Positions 1 through 12,900 of a stretch of DNA of 64,000 nt are shown in pieces (position 1 is the stretch's first letter; each line of letters opens with the position of its first letter). Below the pieces are notes generated by a model. It made no database searches. It had not been told where the DNA came from and saw nothing but the letters and a program-made list of their open reading frames with translations. The position numbers were made by a program, and so were the translations under genes. This DNA comes from Zancudomyces culisetae HAW-14-8 (Eukaryota; Fungi; Kickxellomycota): positions 2,480,001 to 2,544,000 of the forward strand of contig JBNJNM010000006.1 in assembly GCA_052426225.1 (NCBI GenBank), given 5' to 3'.

Positions 1-3000
1 GCTCTCTATCCCCTCCCTTGTCATTTGCTCCAACTCCTTTATGGTGTATACTTTGTGTTTCTTTTCATCTTGTTCTCCCTCGGTTGTTTCGGAATTGTTA
101 ATATCATTACTAGTGTCACCAGATTTGTTGGTGTCACTAGCGGTGTTTATATCGTTTACATCTACCTCATCCCCATTATCCTCTCCACCATCGCCATCAC
201 CATCACCATCACCACTGCTACCACTACTGCTATTATTATTACCCTCCTCTTCTTCTTGTTCATTCCTGTCTTCTTTATCTCTTTCTAGAGTGTCATTAGT
301 ACTACAACCTTTATTTACATCACTCATTGTCTCAGTTTTTTCCTCAATTGTGCTACTTTGCTCCTTAGAATAGTTCTTTAGTTTGAATGGGTTGACTATA
401 ATCACTAAAAACCAGTGCAAGTTCTTGTTTATCGGAACAAACAAATATTTCTTACTGAAAATATCCACTTTACTCGTCCACCGCTTCACCCGCCCATATT
501 GCTTCAACATAGCATCTACAACATTCTCTTCCTCGTCTTTACTATACGACTTTTTATACCTATCCAGCTGCTCATAAAAAAATGGACTGTAAAAGAAACA
601 CTCCTCAAAAAGTGTATTGTTATTCGATTGCAACTGCTCACTTAGCATCTTGATATACACTTCTATCACTGTATCATTCAAAAACTCACCCTCTTTCAAC
701 CGGTAAATGTCATCTCTCAATACCATTATCGGATTTTTCCCTTTTGGTGGGTATACAAATAACGTTTGTGTTTTGGATTTTTGCTTTCCAAACTCCACAT
801 CGTCCTTTAGCAATACCGAATCCGCTTCCCCTTCTTTCCCTCCCTTTTCTTTTTTACTAGATTCAACATCTTCTGGTTTTTCTGCAGCTTTTGATGGTGA
901 TATTTCCACTATTGCTGTTGATGTTATTAACTTCTCGATTTCTCTGCCCATCTCGCCCTTTTCTTTTTCTTTTTCTCTTGGCACCGCGCTCGACATCGAT
1001 AGTCGTGTGCTGTATCTACGCACATTCGTACGATTTACTCTCGCATCTTTTTCAGAAACAGCAGTCTCCTCCGTCATTCGTCTTTCTTCTGTCTGTGGCA
1101 TCACATACTTATTGCTCGGTTCTTGTATTTTTACAGAATTATCGATCACCACCACTTCTTGATGCATTTTCCTTTGTTCTACTCTTTGTTGATTATCTCC
1201 AAGCCCCAGCTTGGCCCGTTCATTCACTAACTCCCTTCTTCGTCTTTCAGCCACCAACTCTTTGTTGGTTTTCAGCGCGTCCATCAGCATATTGTGAGTT
1301 TTCTCCCCTAATACTCCCAGTATAAGATTTCCTCTAGCCATTTTCTGCAGATACAACAACACTTTGTTACTTTTTACTACATCAATTGTTCTCGCGTTCC
1401 GCATATCCATCCTAAATGCAATCTTTATTTTTCGCACACTACTAGTCCTTTTCTTTTCCCTCCTCTCCTCTTCACCACCATTCTGGTTTTGTTTTTTCTC
1501 CGAATTTGTGCTTGTTCCCCCTTGTCCCCTTGCCCGTACAATGTCTACATTACTTATCATGTGTATTATTACAGCTTCTTCTACTGACGAGTAGTCTAAC
1601 ACATCCAGTCCTTTTACTGGAATATCCATCAGTTGCTTCCCATCTTTTAGCAACACAAATTTCGCATCCCTCATCTGTACCTCCAATACGTATCCGTGTG
1701 AAAAACTATTTATTTCCGCATCGGTACCCTCCAGCTCACTCAATTTACTCCCACCAATAATCGCTGTTCTAATCTTTAATCGCAAGGCCGAAACAAAATC
1801 CCTGCTCCTATCCTGCACATGTACTTCTGTTACACCCGGACCCATTTCTCCCTTCATCCTGTTGTGAGTTGATCTATCTTTATACATGACTGTCACATCT
1901 TCACTATTTACTTGTTTGGACGTGCTTTGTTCTTTTGTCTTGAGTCTATTGATAACCAATGGTTGATGACTCGGAAATGCCAGCCCAATTGTCCTTCTCC
2001 GTAACTCCCGCTTATTAGGACCAATATTTAGGTTCTCCTCAACCCTTTTCTCTAGTTCATTACTCTGTACACTTTTTCCTTTGCTCTGTTGTTTCTCGTA
2101 GGATTTTTTGTAAATTTCAATACTTTCGCTACTTTTTTGCTCCACTCTACTACCTATTACTACAGTATTACTATCCTTTGGTTTAATTGCTACACCTACA
2201 CACGAATTGCTGCTTTTCGCCGCATCCTGTTTCAAAATGCTGAAAAAGCTATCCCCGTCCCTTTCAGAATCAGATTTAAATCCAGATCCTAATTCGGGCT
2301 CAGATTTTGATCCAGATTCGGATTCAGATGCGGATGCAGATTCGGACGTAGTATCGATTATTTCCATCAACTCGGACTTTTGTGTTGTATCTGCACTATT
2401 CTTACTCTCTTTAAGCGGGGTTTCTTTAATTTCTGTAACTTCTTCTTCTCCCTCATCTCCTTTGTTTTTCTTCACATCTTTCATAGTATCTTCGTTGATA
2501 ACCCCCTCGCCCGGTTCGTCCTCTTCAGAATCTGTACTCAGATCGTAAACTTTGATTATCCCCCTTTTATCGTGTATTTTTGCTATCGGTTGCGGATCTT
2601 CCTTCGATTTAGTGAAAGATTCAGTGATCACTTCTATACTCTGTTCTTTTTCTACCTTATTTCCTTTTACTTTTTCCTCGTCTCTCCCCTGCACTTCTTT
2701 CTCGCCACTTTTTTTATGATCGGTAATGATACTATTGAGTATATTTCGATTGTTGAATTTTCCTTCTCCCAATTCAACTGATATACTTTTCCTTTTTCCT
2801 CTTCCATTTAAATTATTTTGGATTTCTCTCACACGTCCCCTAGGCTGGGGGTTTTGTTCTGGTACTCCGCTAAGTCTACGTCGCTTTGCACCCCTCAAAA
2901 GATCTGTGCCTTTTTCTCGATGATCACCGGATGATTTTCTACTGCCATACCCTACTTGATAATGTCTGGCTCCAGAGTTTGTGCGATATTTAATACCTAG

Positions 3001-3126
3001 ATTGACTGGATTTTTAGGTGGCTCTATAAGCGTCCCTCTCCGATTATTGGAAATACTTTTCTTCTCTTTACTACCTACACCCCTAATTAATTCATCTACC
3101 ACCTCATATTTGGCTTTTTCAGCCAT
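1..3126 (-). CDS. ULP2: Ulp2/SENP6-7-like SUMO protease (peptidase C48), 3' end beyond window
   Basis: Manual translation from ATG 3126 (MAEKAKYEVVDEL...). The same frame gives LFVYPPKG..DIYRLKEGEFLNDTVI..FFYSPFFYEQL..VKRWTSKVDIFSKKYLFVPINKNLHWFLVIIVNP (about 770-390), a typical C48 domain with the catalytic His, followed by a low-complexity insertion. Absent from the ORF track, consistent with no stop before position 1. Confidence 0.88.
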   Translation of the reverse strand, partial: MAEKAKYEVVDELIRGVGSKEKKSISNNRRGTLIEPPKNPVNLGIKYRTNSGARHYQVGYGSRKSSGDHREKGTDLLRGAKRRRLSGVPEQNPQPRGRVREIQNNLNGRGKRKSISVELGEGKFNNRNILNSIITDHKKSGEKEVQGRDEEKVKGNKVEKEQSIEVITESFTKSKEDPQPIAKIHDKRGIIKVYDLSTDSEEDEPGEGVINEDTMKDVKKNKGDEGEEEVTEIKETPLKESKNSADTTQKSELMEIIDTTSESASASESESGSKSEPELGSGFKSDSERDGDSFFSILKQDAAKSSNSCVGVAIKPKDSNTVVIGSRVEQKSSESIEIYKKSYEKQQSKGKSVQSNELEKRVEENLNIGPNKRELRRRTIGLAFPSHQPLVINRLKTKEQSTSKQVNSEDVTVMYKDRSTHNRMKGEMGPGVTEVHVQDRSRDFVSALRLKIRTAIIGGSKLSELEGTDAEINSFSHGYVLEVQMRDAKFVLLKDGKQLMDIPVKGLDVLDYSSVEEAVIIHMISNVDIVRARGQGGTSTNSEKKQNQNGGEEERREKKRTSSVRKIKIAFRMDMRNARTIDVVKSNKVLLYLQKMARGNLILGVLGEKTHNMLMDALKTNKELVAERRRRELVNERAKLGLGDNQQRVEQRKMHQEVVVIDNSVKIQEPSNKYVMPQTEERRMTEETAVSEKDARVNRTNVRRYSTRLSMSSAVPREKEKEKGEMGREIEKLITSTAIVEISPSKAAEKPEDVESSKKEKGGKEGEADSVLLKDDVEFGKQKSKTQTLFVYPPKGKNPIMVLRDDIYRLKEGEFLNDTVIEVYIKMLSEQLQSNNNTLFEECFFYSPFFYEQLDRYKKSYSKDEEENVVDAMLKQYGRVKRWTSKVDIFSKKYLFVPINKNLHWFLVIIVNPFKLKNYSKEQSSTIEEKTETMSDVNKGCSTNDTLERDKEDRNEQEEEEGNNNSSSGSSGDGDGDGDGGEDNGDEVDVNDINTASDTNKSGDTSNDINNSETTEGEQDEKKHKVYTIKELEQMTREGIES

Positions 3127-6100
3127 TCTTCTTCTATTTTTCTTTTGATTTTGTTTTGATTTTACACCTTTCTTGCTCGGATTTTGCTTATTACTTTGTT
3201 CAAAGCCTATTTTAGAAGTATTGATCTTTATTTGTTTATTTGTTTATTTCGCTCCTTTGACTATATATAAATCCCGTGGTACCCGATCCTTTTGTAAAAT
3301 TCTAAATACATGTAGAAACTATGACCTGATGTCAAATATTTGTTTTTATTTTGTAGAGTTAGTTTTTTTCCGCATGTATACTTGATTTGAAAAATCTGTT
3401 CTACAAATACATTTTTATTGGGTTGGCTGAAAGAGTTTATTTCTTAGCAGGAATTTGTCTCCACTACGGTTATTATGATGCGATAATATATTTTTTTAAA
3501 AGTACAAAGCGTTATTACAGTTTATTACCCATTTTTTGCTTTATTTTTTAAAGACCCTTCTTTGATGTAATTTTTACATTTTCTAAAACCTGAGTATTGC
3601 ATTTGTAGGTATTTAGATTTAAAATTAGAGTTTGATAAATAATAATAAAAAGTGTAGGACAAAAGCATACCTTCAACTTTATTTTTTTGTTTTCAATCAA
3701 ATCACTTCGTTTATATAGACGAACACCACCATTGGAATATAAAAGGCATAATTCTTGTATTTTTTTAATGACTTTTATTACACTCACTACATACTGAAAT
3801 ATTCCCCACATGTACTAAAAATTAGGATGCAGTTACATCATCGACTTACAAGCAAACTTATACAGCCATCAGTAGCTTTAGCCATACTTGTTTCATAACA
3901 ATCTTATCTAGGTGATATTTAATATAGTTTTTATTTATCTTCCACTTCTAAAGCACATACTCTAAAAGACTGAGCTGTTGATGTATGATTGTAAAATAAA
4001 AACAAACTGTAGACAGTGATATTACTCCAACTCAATTCTGATATACAAAAGCTAGTTGAATAGGATCGGATATTTACTCAGTCAGTTGTGTTACATGAAC
4101 CAGAGCGCAATATACTGGATTTCGACACTTATTCCTAAATACAATTTTACAAAAGAAATTTGACAGAACCATTAGGTATTAACATAAAATATGAATATGT
4201 ATCTATGTTTAGTTGCCAACAGTTTATTTGAATAGTGGTTATGTGAAGTTGTGGATATGAATAGATGAATTTGAGAATAAAAAATTACACAGCAATTTCT
4301 ATTACTAAGCTAAAGACCCAAACATCCTAACACCATAGCTCGAATACATTATTAATGAGATACAAGGCTTTAATTGAAAACTACGGCCAAAGTGTATTTT
4401 TTTGTTTAAAAGATCCACGTAGCAGAGCAAACAGGCAAACAAGTATACACAAATATATAGCGGGTGATGGGTGAAAGTCATCTCAGAACGCAGAAATTTT
4501 TACACACTATGATGTTTTTATGCATTCTATTTTATATGATGGTTGGAAACAATTGTTCGTGCAGTACACCTTTTGTTTCAACAACAGTTTGTTTGGATCA
4601 GCCCACAAAGTATTAATCATTAAACTTTGTTGCGTTTTACAACTAAAGAATAAGACAACCCCGTGTACACATAAATGTACTGGAATTTTGCAAGGACGTA
4701 AAGAGGGCCATCTCTAATCGCAATTTAGTTGTATTTGGTTTATTACCTGGTTACAACTATTTGTTATGCAAAGCTGTATATTTTCACATTTACACACATT
4801 TTAGATCTTTTAACCCTGAGAAAAAGATATGGACGAGGAAAATTAATAGATGTGATGCTTCTGGGAAAACCTTGGGATAGGTAAGTAAAAGGATGTGGCT
4901 TTGTAATAACAAACAAAAAAAAATTGCCAGTTTGATAAAATTATCTCTGGCATTACTGTTACATCAACCTGAGCCTATTTCTGCCCCTTCTTTCAGCTGG
5001 ATGTGGTGATAGGAGGGTTAGCAGAAAAAATAATAATCATATGCATCATTTTTTATTCTTGTGAATGTGTGAGACCTGATACTGTGGGATGGTAAATCCA
5101 AAAACTGTTTAAATGACTGCTATGCTTCCTGTTTTTCGTGCTAACCAACGGATAAAGAATGTGGCAGTATTTAACCAATATTGCAGTCGTAGGTATTTGT
5201 ACAAGTTGGTTATTAAACGGATCCAAAAAAGACTCAGATCTATTTAAAATGGAGGTAAATGATCCAATTGCCAACAACACAATTTGAAATAGTTACTCGT
5301 GTAAATGTAAATCACTTTTGTCGATAAATTTTTAAATGATGAAACATGCACCACTCTACCAACCACTTGCACTTGTTACATTCTTTGAAAAGGGCTCTAA
5401 GAGAAAAAGGACACCTCAATGGGCAAAGGTAAGACTTTTCTTCTTCCACTAGTGCGAAGCTCAAAAAGGGATTCTGGGGAAAAAAACATTTTTTTTTACT
5501 CCCTAGTCTCCGTTCAATATGTAGGAACCAGCTTTCCTTATTATTAATAGAGCTTGTGACTGGGTTTGTGGCTATGATTTGTAAATGATGATGACTAATA
5601 GTAATCGGGGCTAACCGCATATCAACTGGGGATGAAGCAAATGAGAAGTAGCAAATTTCGGGTATTCTGCGCTACCAAATGTGGATAATGATGTTGTAAA
5701 CACTAGTTTTGATTGAGTATTGCAAGTATCCAGCAGTACCATTTAAATTATCACAATTAGCTCGACTGATGATGTAATTAGTAATTCTGAGCAATTTTGT
5801 ATGTACTTTGTAAAACCAGCACTACTAAAAAAACTTGACCCTGTAACCCATGAAGCACGAATAGAGGCTCCAGAAAACACAAAAAAGGGCCACATGGTAC
5901 ATCAAGGCCTTGGGGCTTCTAACTAAAACAGAAACACCAGCAATCGCAGCTGTATCTGATTCTACGAGTATGGTTGCACAGCGTCAATATTACCCATTTC
6001 CACAGCTTCTTTTATTTGTAATTCAATGGCGGAGTTCTTAATATTAATTGTTGCAATTGATATGGTAAAAGAAAGTCAGGTTACTAAGTGCAGTAACAAA

Positions 6101-7492
6101 CACTAAAAATTCAAGAAACACTTGGAATGTACTCTATGTCAGTTGGAATCGTGTTTACTATGGTTTATAGTTAAGCATGTTTAGCCCTGAAGAGGAGTAA
6201 TGAAACAAAATCTACCATTACTAGTAGAAATTTAATTTTTGAGCTTGTTCGCATTGTACATTTGATAAATCAAACCAAGCTCAGGTAGATTAGAGTAGGG
6301 AAAGGTAAAATAGAGTATACCGATACCAGCAGAAATTTACCAGTAATATGAAATGCGAAATGGTATCCAAAAGTATTGGTATTCTGTGCAATAATAACTG
6401 AAACAGTTAAAAAATATATCATGTTATAATTTTTTTCCTAGTGGGTGGCAAACATTTTAAGATGCAACAAATTGTACAAATAACCTATAACATTTTTACA
6501 AGACAAAAGAAGAGAAATCAATGCATATATTTGATCCAATCCGGATTTCAATTACAATTTGAAATTGATTTAAATTTATAAATATATTAATACATGTGTT
6601 ACTACGAGTTTATTGAAGCTATTCTACAATTATTCTAGTATAATCTGTAGAGACAAAGGTTGAAATTTCAAATACATTGAGGAATTCAAAGTTTTTTTTA
6701 TTTTGGCGAAAAAAATCTATATACACTTCAAAATACTCATCATCGAGTATAGTAAACAGTTACGTGCATATAATCATAGCTATAGGTGGTTTGAAAGTAC
6801 ATTTCCAAACGTGACTGAAACATTTTGCATTGTTTATATGAGAACAGAATAAGAGTGGAATATTGTTGCTGATAGCCATAAAATCAATGATAAAATATTA
6901 CTGATATGCTTTTTTAAGAGAATGGCTCGTTTAAGGGCTTGAACTCCAATATTATGGGCAAATAAACACCGTATATTTTAGCGGAAAAAGCTATGCCAGC
7001 CATTTGGTTTGAAGCCTATTTGAGTTTCTATGACTTTACGCAATTTGTGGTTAGAATGAGGGCCAAGTTTGCTGACGAAATAAAAGAATTATATTAGTTG
7101 ATTATTAAAAAGCCAGCCCCAGTAATATCAACGCAAAGAAAAGATGGATGATTTCCCAATTCCGCTATTGTAAAATTATCAACAAATTACTTAAATTGAT
7201 TTAATTTGAAATTAAGCCAACATTAGGTAAATAACGAACATCAAATCAAATACAATTCAAGCTATACAAACACAAAGTCAAAATATGGTAAAATGGCAGA
7301 GTGTGTTTCATAATGAGAGGAGGCAAGTGAGAGGAAAGAGAGTGTAAACGCCCTTTGAGCGTAGAAAAGCCAATATAGCCACTCATGTGAAAGTTTCGGC
7401 TTTTAGTTGAATGGCTTCGCGATCTGTACTAGTTGCAACGGACGTTGATGTTACTGTTAAAAAGTGTGGTTATGCAAAGGGATTAGATCAAG

Positions 7493-7500
7493 TATAAATA
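7493..7500 (+). promoter_or_regulatory. Candidate TATA box of DPP5
   Basis: TATAAATA about 105 nt upstream of ATG 7603; the motif is common in AT-rich DNA. Confidence 0.35.
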
Positions 7501-7602
7501 GCTATCCGTCTTCACCGTTTGCAAGACCTGTTATTTTACTAATTTATTACTTTTAGAACTATTAATTTAATTAAACTGCAGTTTATTGACAAAAAGCTAA
7601 AC

Positions 7603-9711
7603 ATGAAGCTAACAATAGTTTCAGTTTTGGGGCTGATCTCTGTAACAAACGCAGGGATCTTTGACGCTCCACCATCCGATCTTCCAGATTGGAGCAAGGT
7701 CGAAAGATTCACTCCCGACCATTTGTTTGCAATCAAGCGTTTGGGCGCGCTCTCTGTTTCACCAGATAAGAAAAATGCCGTCTATACCCAATGGTTTTTC
7801 AACAGAACCGCAAACAAAGTCGGAACTAGTCTCAGAGTTATGGACATTGCAAACAACTTCAAATCTCGGGACTTGACCACATACAAGGAGGGTCGATCAG
7901 ATACATCTCCAGTCTGGCTGGATTCCGATACCGTAGCCTTCTCAGCAGTTCGTGGTTCACCAGCCTTGAACGTGTTTACTGTAACAGTCTCGGACAACAA
8001 AATAAGCCAGCTGACAAACTTTACAAACAGCGTGTACACTTTGGTCTACAGCTCAGCCGCAAAGAGATTGGCATTTAATTCCGATGTATACCCAGGTTTG
8101 GGAATAGACGAATCCGCAGATAAGGCTGAACAAATGTCTGCCATCCCATACTCTGGCGTTGTATACGACCATTTGTTTGTACGTCACTGGGACACATACA
8201 TTCCAAAGACCAGAGCACAACTCTTTACATTGCCAATTGATAAGGTTGATGGTACATACGCCGTTACAGGAACCCCAGTAAACGTTGCTGCCGGCTATAC
8301 CGGTGCTTGGGGTCTAGAGCCAGTCAGTTTTGTTTTCTCGGCTGATGGTAAGAACATTGCATACGCCGCCAAGATTCCAGGAGTAGAGGAATCATGGTCT
8401 ACAAAGAATGATATATTTGTTTCACCAGTTGACGCATCACAGCCACCAGTAAGCGTAACACCAAACAACCCAGGAGCCTGCTCAGCACCAGCATACTCTC
8501 CAGATGGCAAATACTTGGCATGGTTGCAAATGAACACAAAAGGGTATGAATCCGATAGAAACAGAGTCATGTTGATGGATCTCAGCACAAATCAAGTATC
8601 AGAGGTTGACATGGGATGGACTCTCAGCCCAGGATCACTTAAATTTGCAGAAGACTCAAAATCATTGTTCCATATTACAGGAATTAGTGTTGACAACGCA
8701 CTCTTCAGATACGATTTTGCTACCAAGAAGAACACCCAACTTTCAGATGCAAGCAACCTTGCTTTCTTTGACGAACTCGGTGACAACACTCTCCTCGTGT
8801 TGGCTGCAGCACTTAGCCACCCAATGACCATCTTCACTCTAAAGGCTGATGGAGCCAAGAACAAAGTCAAGGTCTCAACTGAAAATGATGAGTTGTTGAG
8901 CTCTTTGTATCTTACAAATGCATACACATTCAAGTTTACTGGTGCTTTGAACGAACAAGTAGAAGGATACATGATGTACCCATATGGCTATGACCCATCA
9001 AAGAAATATCCAGTAGCTGTCATGATCCACGGTGGTCCACAACAAGCATGGTTGAGATCATTTAGTTATGCATGGAACTCAAACATGTATGCATCACAGG
9101 GCTACTTTACCATCAACATCAACTTCCACGGAAGTCCAGGATATGGACAAGAGTTTGTTGACACTATTGGACGCAACTGGGGCTCATACCCATATGAGGA
9201 TATAATGAAGGGTCTGGACTACTTCCTTCAAGAAGCCTGCGGAGCCGACGCAGATAGAGTTGTTGGATTGGGTGGATCATACGGAGGTTACATGACCAAC
9301 TGGATCAATGGACAAACTGACAGATTTAAGGCTCTTGTAAACCATGATGGCGTTTTCAGTACCGTTGCAGCATACTACAACACTGATGAACTGTGGTTCA
9401 TGGAAAAAGACTCTGGAATACCATGGATTCCAAAGGAGCGCGAAGTGATGGAGCGCTTCAACCCAGAGAGATATGTAGCCAACTGGAAAACACCTATGCT
9501 TATTATTCACGGCGAGTTGGATTACAGACTTCCAATCACGGAAGGTCTATCAACCTTTACCGCCTTGCAGAGACGTGGTGTCGATTCCAAATTGTTGTAC
9601 TTCCCTGACGAGAACCACTGGGTGCTTCAACCATACAATGGATTGCAATGGTTCTCAGAGGCATTCCAATGGATTGGAAAGTATACAAACACTACTACCT
9701 GGACATTGTAA
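7603..9711 (+). CDS. DPP5: Secreted dipeptidyl-peptidase V (S9 family)
   Basis: Signal peptide, beta-propeller region (RHWD; YESDR), IHGGPQ, nucleophile GGSYGG, HGELDYR (Asp) and DENHW (His); intronless. Confidence 0.93.
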   Translation: MKLTIVSVLGLISVTNAGIFDAPPSDLPDWSKVERFTPDHLFAIKRLGALSVSPDKKNAVYTQWFFNRTANKVGTSLRVMDIANNFKSRDLTTYKEGRSDTSPVWLDSDTVAFSAVRGSPALNVFTVTVSDNKISQLTNFTNSVYTLVYSSAAKRLAFNSDVYPGLGIDESADKAEQMSAIPYSGVVYDHLFVRHWDTYIPKTRAQLFTLPIDKVDGTYAVTGTPVNVAAGYTGAWGLEPVSFVFSADGKNIAYAAKIPGVEESWSTKNDIFVSPVDASQPPVSVTPNNPGACSAPAYSPDGKYLAWLQMNTKGYESDRNRVMLMDLSTNQVSEVDMGWTLSPGSLKFAEDSKSLFHITGISVDNALFRYDFATKKNTQLSDASNLAFFDELGDNTLLVLAAALSHPMTIFTLKADGAKNKVKVSTENDELLSSLYLTNAYTFKFTGALNEQVEGYMMYPYGYDPSKKYPVAVMIHGGPQQAWLRSFSYAWNSNMYASQGYFTININFHGSPGYGQEFVDTIGRNWGSYPYEDIMKGLDYFLQEACGADADRVVGLGGSYGGYMTNWINGQTDRFKALVNHDGVFSTVAAYYNTDELWFMEKDSGIPWIPKEREVMERFNPERYVANWKTPMLIIHGELDYRLPITEGLSTFTALQRRGVDSKLLYFPDENHWVLQPYNGLQWFSEAFQWIGKYTNTTTWTL

Positions 9712-9914
9712 GGTTCCTGCTTTGTCTTTTTTTTTGCTAGTTTTTGAATGCTTCAGGTTTTTTTTTTCCATTTCATTTCATTTGAATAAATATTGTTCGC
9801 ATTCATGTTTTACAGACTCTAGTTTCTTTTTTTTACATCATTAGTTTTATAATTTGTAATTACTTGGTCTTGGAATATGGCTTGGGTAAATTGAACGAAG
9901 AAGTGTGTTTATTT

Positions 9915-12900
9915 TTAATACTTTGACTCTAAAAAGTACAATAAAATGATAAATAATGAGATTAGCAGATTGAAGTCATACATCAGAAACGGTCTTGCAA
10001 ACCCGAACAGTGCCGAAATGGCAATTATCGAAAAATAAAACCATTTTATGACCAGTTTTGTAATATAATATCTGTTGTTCTTGTAAAAAGTTTCAAGGGA
10101 ATCGCCAGAAATGCCAGCGATTTTCATATTACTTCCATTGGATTTCCTCATGTCGAGATGGCTTGATGGTGTTGTCAATACTTTGCATGACAAAGTGATC
10201 AGAAGAAGAATGGGCAAAATCCTAAAATACTGGTGTGCGCTCATTGCGTTGTCAAACCAATGGACGCTAATGTTTCTAAACCATGTTAGGGATTCAAAAA
10301 CACAGAAAGGAATCAACTGGAACCAAATATACAACATCCCAAGCCGGTAGTTTACGGCGTTTTTGTAGTATCGGACTAGATTTGCGCATTTTAAACATTT
10401 TTTACGGTGAGCTGGGTTTAGTAGGTCATTTATCAGTCGACAGTAGCTGCTCTTTCGGATTACAATTAACGCTTGACATATAAACACAGCAATAAAAATC
10501 AGCTGATATGGAACAAAAAAGTTCACCAGTACTGAAACCACGACCAACATAATTAATGTTTTTTTGATTACAAATATCGGTCGGAACATTCCATAAAGAG
10601 AAAATGATGATCCGGGGATGGTCAAACTTTTTATGGTATTTGGTGAGGTCTTTATCACACAGTCCTGGTTGCGATTCTTTGTAGCTTCTCCATAGCCATC
10701 GTGCATCGAAGTATCGTAGTCATCTATATCTGCAAATGTGTTTAAATGCTTTGTAAGTTGGTAAACACAACAGTTTGGTCCATTTTCAGCAGAAAAGAGT
10801 GCAAGGCTACCAATATTGTATGAGTGCTCAGGAAGAGTATCAGCAGAATGTGTGTCACTCTTGGATCCATCTCCAAAAAGCTTAGCCGCGGCCAGGGAGC
10901 GATTGTACAGGTTTTTTTTGGCTCTGATGCTTAGGAGCAGTGCAAGTCCTTCGCATATCAGTTTCATGATACAAAAGAGTAGAAAAGAAAGCCCAAATGA
11001 TATAGGGATGGTTAGAATAGGAAACAAAGGGGCGAGGTATCCATTTCCTCTGTATCCAAAGAGCAGATTTTGAAGGAATATTTGCAGTTTAATGTTATTC
11101 CGACTTATTACCTGGTTCGACAAAATCGCTTCTTGTAAATACATCCCTGCCAATACCATGAATGTTATAATACCCATTCCGTATCTTCTCAGTCCGATTA
11201 TGGATAGGGCTGTTATCGATGAGATAACACGCACGTCCTCTATTACATCTGATTTTTTATCTTTTTTTGTGATGATTTTCTGGGCAAATATCTGTGAAAG
11301 TTGCACATATTGACAAGACACCGCCCATATAAACATCAAGACGAGCACAGATGAATAGTGGCGATAAACGGACCGTGCCAGTGACGAAAACCAATCAATT
11401 TCAATTTTAATGCTGATTCCCTGTGTTTCCGGGAACTCGAGACTAAATATATCCAGATCTATCCCACCAAATTGGTATCTATCTACTTCAGCTTGGTGGC
11501 CAAAATTATAGGCCCCACGTCCATGAACTGCTATATTTGCATTGTTCGTGTTTCCCCAAAATTTGCTTTCGAATTTTCTGTTGTCGGTTTGACGGATACA
11601 TATCGGTTTCCACTTCTCCGTTCCTCGATTTTCTTTTAGCGCAGAAACAGTCAACTTGTACAGAAACAGCGGATCTTCTGGAACATCCATTGATATCCGA
11701 CCACGCATCGACTCTTCTCCTCTAGGCCCTAGTTTTGAGGCATTTTCAGCTTTGGACCAGGTTAGCCTCCTAGACAAGAGCATATCGCCAAATCTTATTT
11801 TTCTATCAAGTATCTTTGTTCTTTCTAGGTCCACAAACCTTAGTTCAATCCTACTTGCAAAATTTTCTCTCAAAATGCCTCTATTTGCATTTGAAACAGT
11901 CGTAGGACGCGTTAACCCAACATAGCCACACTGATCAAATTCATTGGCATTCATCTCCACAAATTGTGCTTCTAGTGACTGTCCACGCTTTCCAGTAGGT
12001 ATAGCCGCTGCTCTGATAGGATCCAACCATGTACATGAAAAATAGCCATCCAAACTCTGGTTTTCAATGATGAAACTACCGACTTCAGGATTGTTTTTCG
12101 AAGAAATTGGGTTGCAGCACATTAAATTTAGATATTCTATATTACTTTCCCCAGTACTCCGTGAAGTGTGTGCCAAAAACTGCAGCCCCAGGCTGGTAAC
12201 ACTTTCGCTTGAATTCCGTGCGTTTTTATTGGGATTTTCAAGTATGTGCACCTGCATTTTTGCGCTATGTCCATCTTTCGTATCAAACGCCGTCATTACA
12301 AATCTTGTTTTCTTATGGATCGTCGACACATAGTTTTCGGGAACATCTATGCTGGTTTTCTTTTCTGTTGGTTGTAGTTTACTCCCAGCAATGTCGTCAG
12401 AGGCTCCAAATTCACCACTTAGTAATCTATGTCTAAAAATTCTCATCCTCTCCTGTACATCAACAGTTTGAGAAAGTTTTCGAGCATCCAGTATATCGTA
12501 TAATGTATGTGCCAAAACTTGAACTAGTTGTCTACACCATAATATGCACTGGTGGTCTATACTCATCCAAACACCCCTCATAGTACTACTCATCACTGTG
12601 AATCCATTCTTTTGATCGACCAGTCCATCTAAATATGCTAGATCGCTATTTATCATTCCATCCATATCTCCTCCTACTATCGATACCAGCGAAATATTAT
12701 TGAACCTGCCGTCTAATTTCATTTCGGTGGTTTTTTTATTCACTTTTGTGTATAGCTCGCTTATTTCAGAATTAAATGTTACTGTGGGAGAAACATGGGG
12801 TGTTGAAAGAGTAATCATCGTACTGATAGATCCTGTAGCATAGTTTTCAAGCGCAAGCGCAGTTCGCGCAACCATCCCACCCATACTATGCCCAACAACT

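Noticed and set aside
25-2923. Many short hydrophobic or Ser-rich + strand ORFs
   Set aside because: Antisense shadows of the purine-rich ULP2 CDS on the minus strand.
5053-5620. Minus-strand ORFs of 75 and 102 aa
   Set aside because: No recognisable motif or splice partner; the length is compatible with chance.
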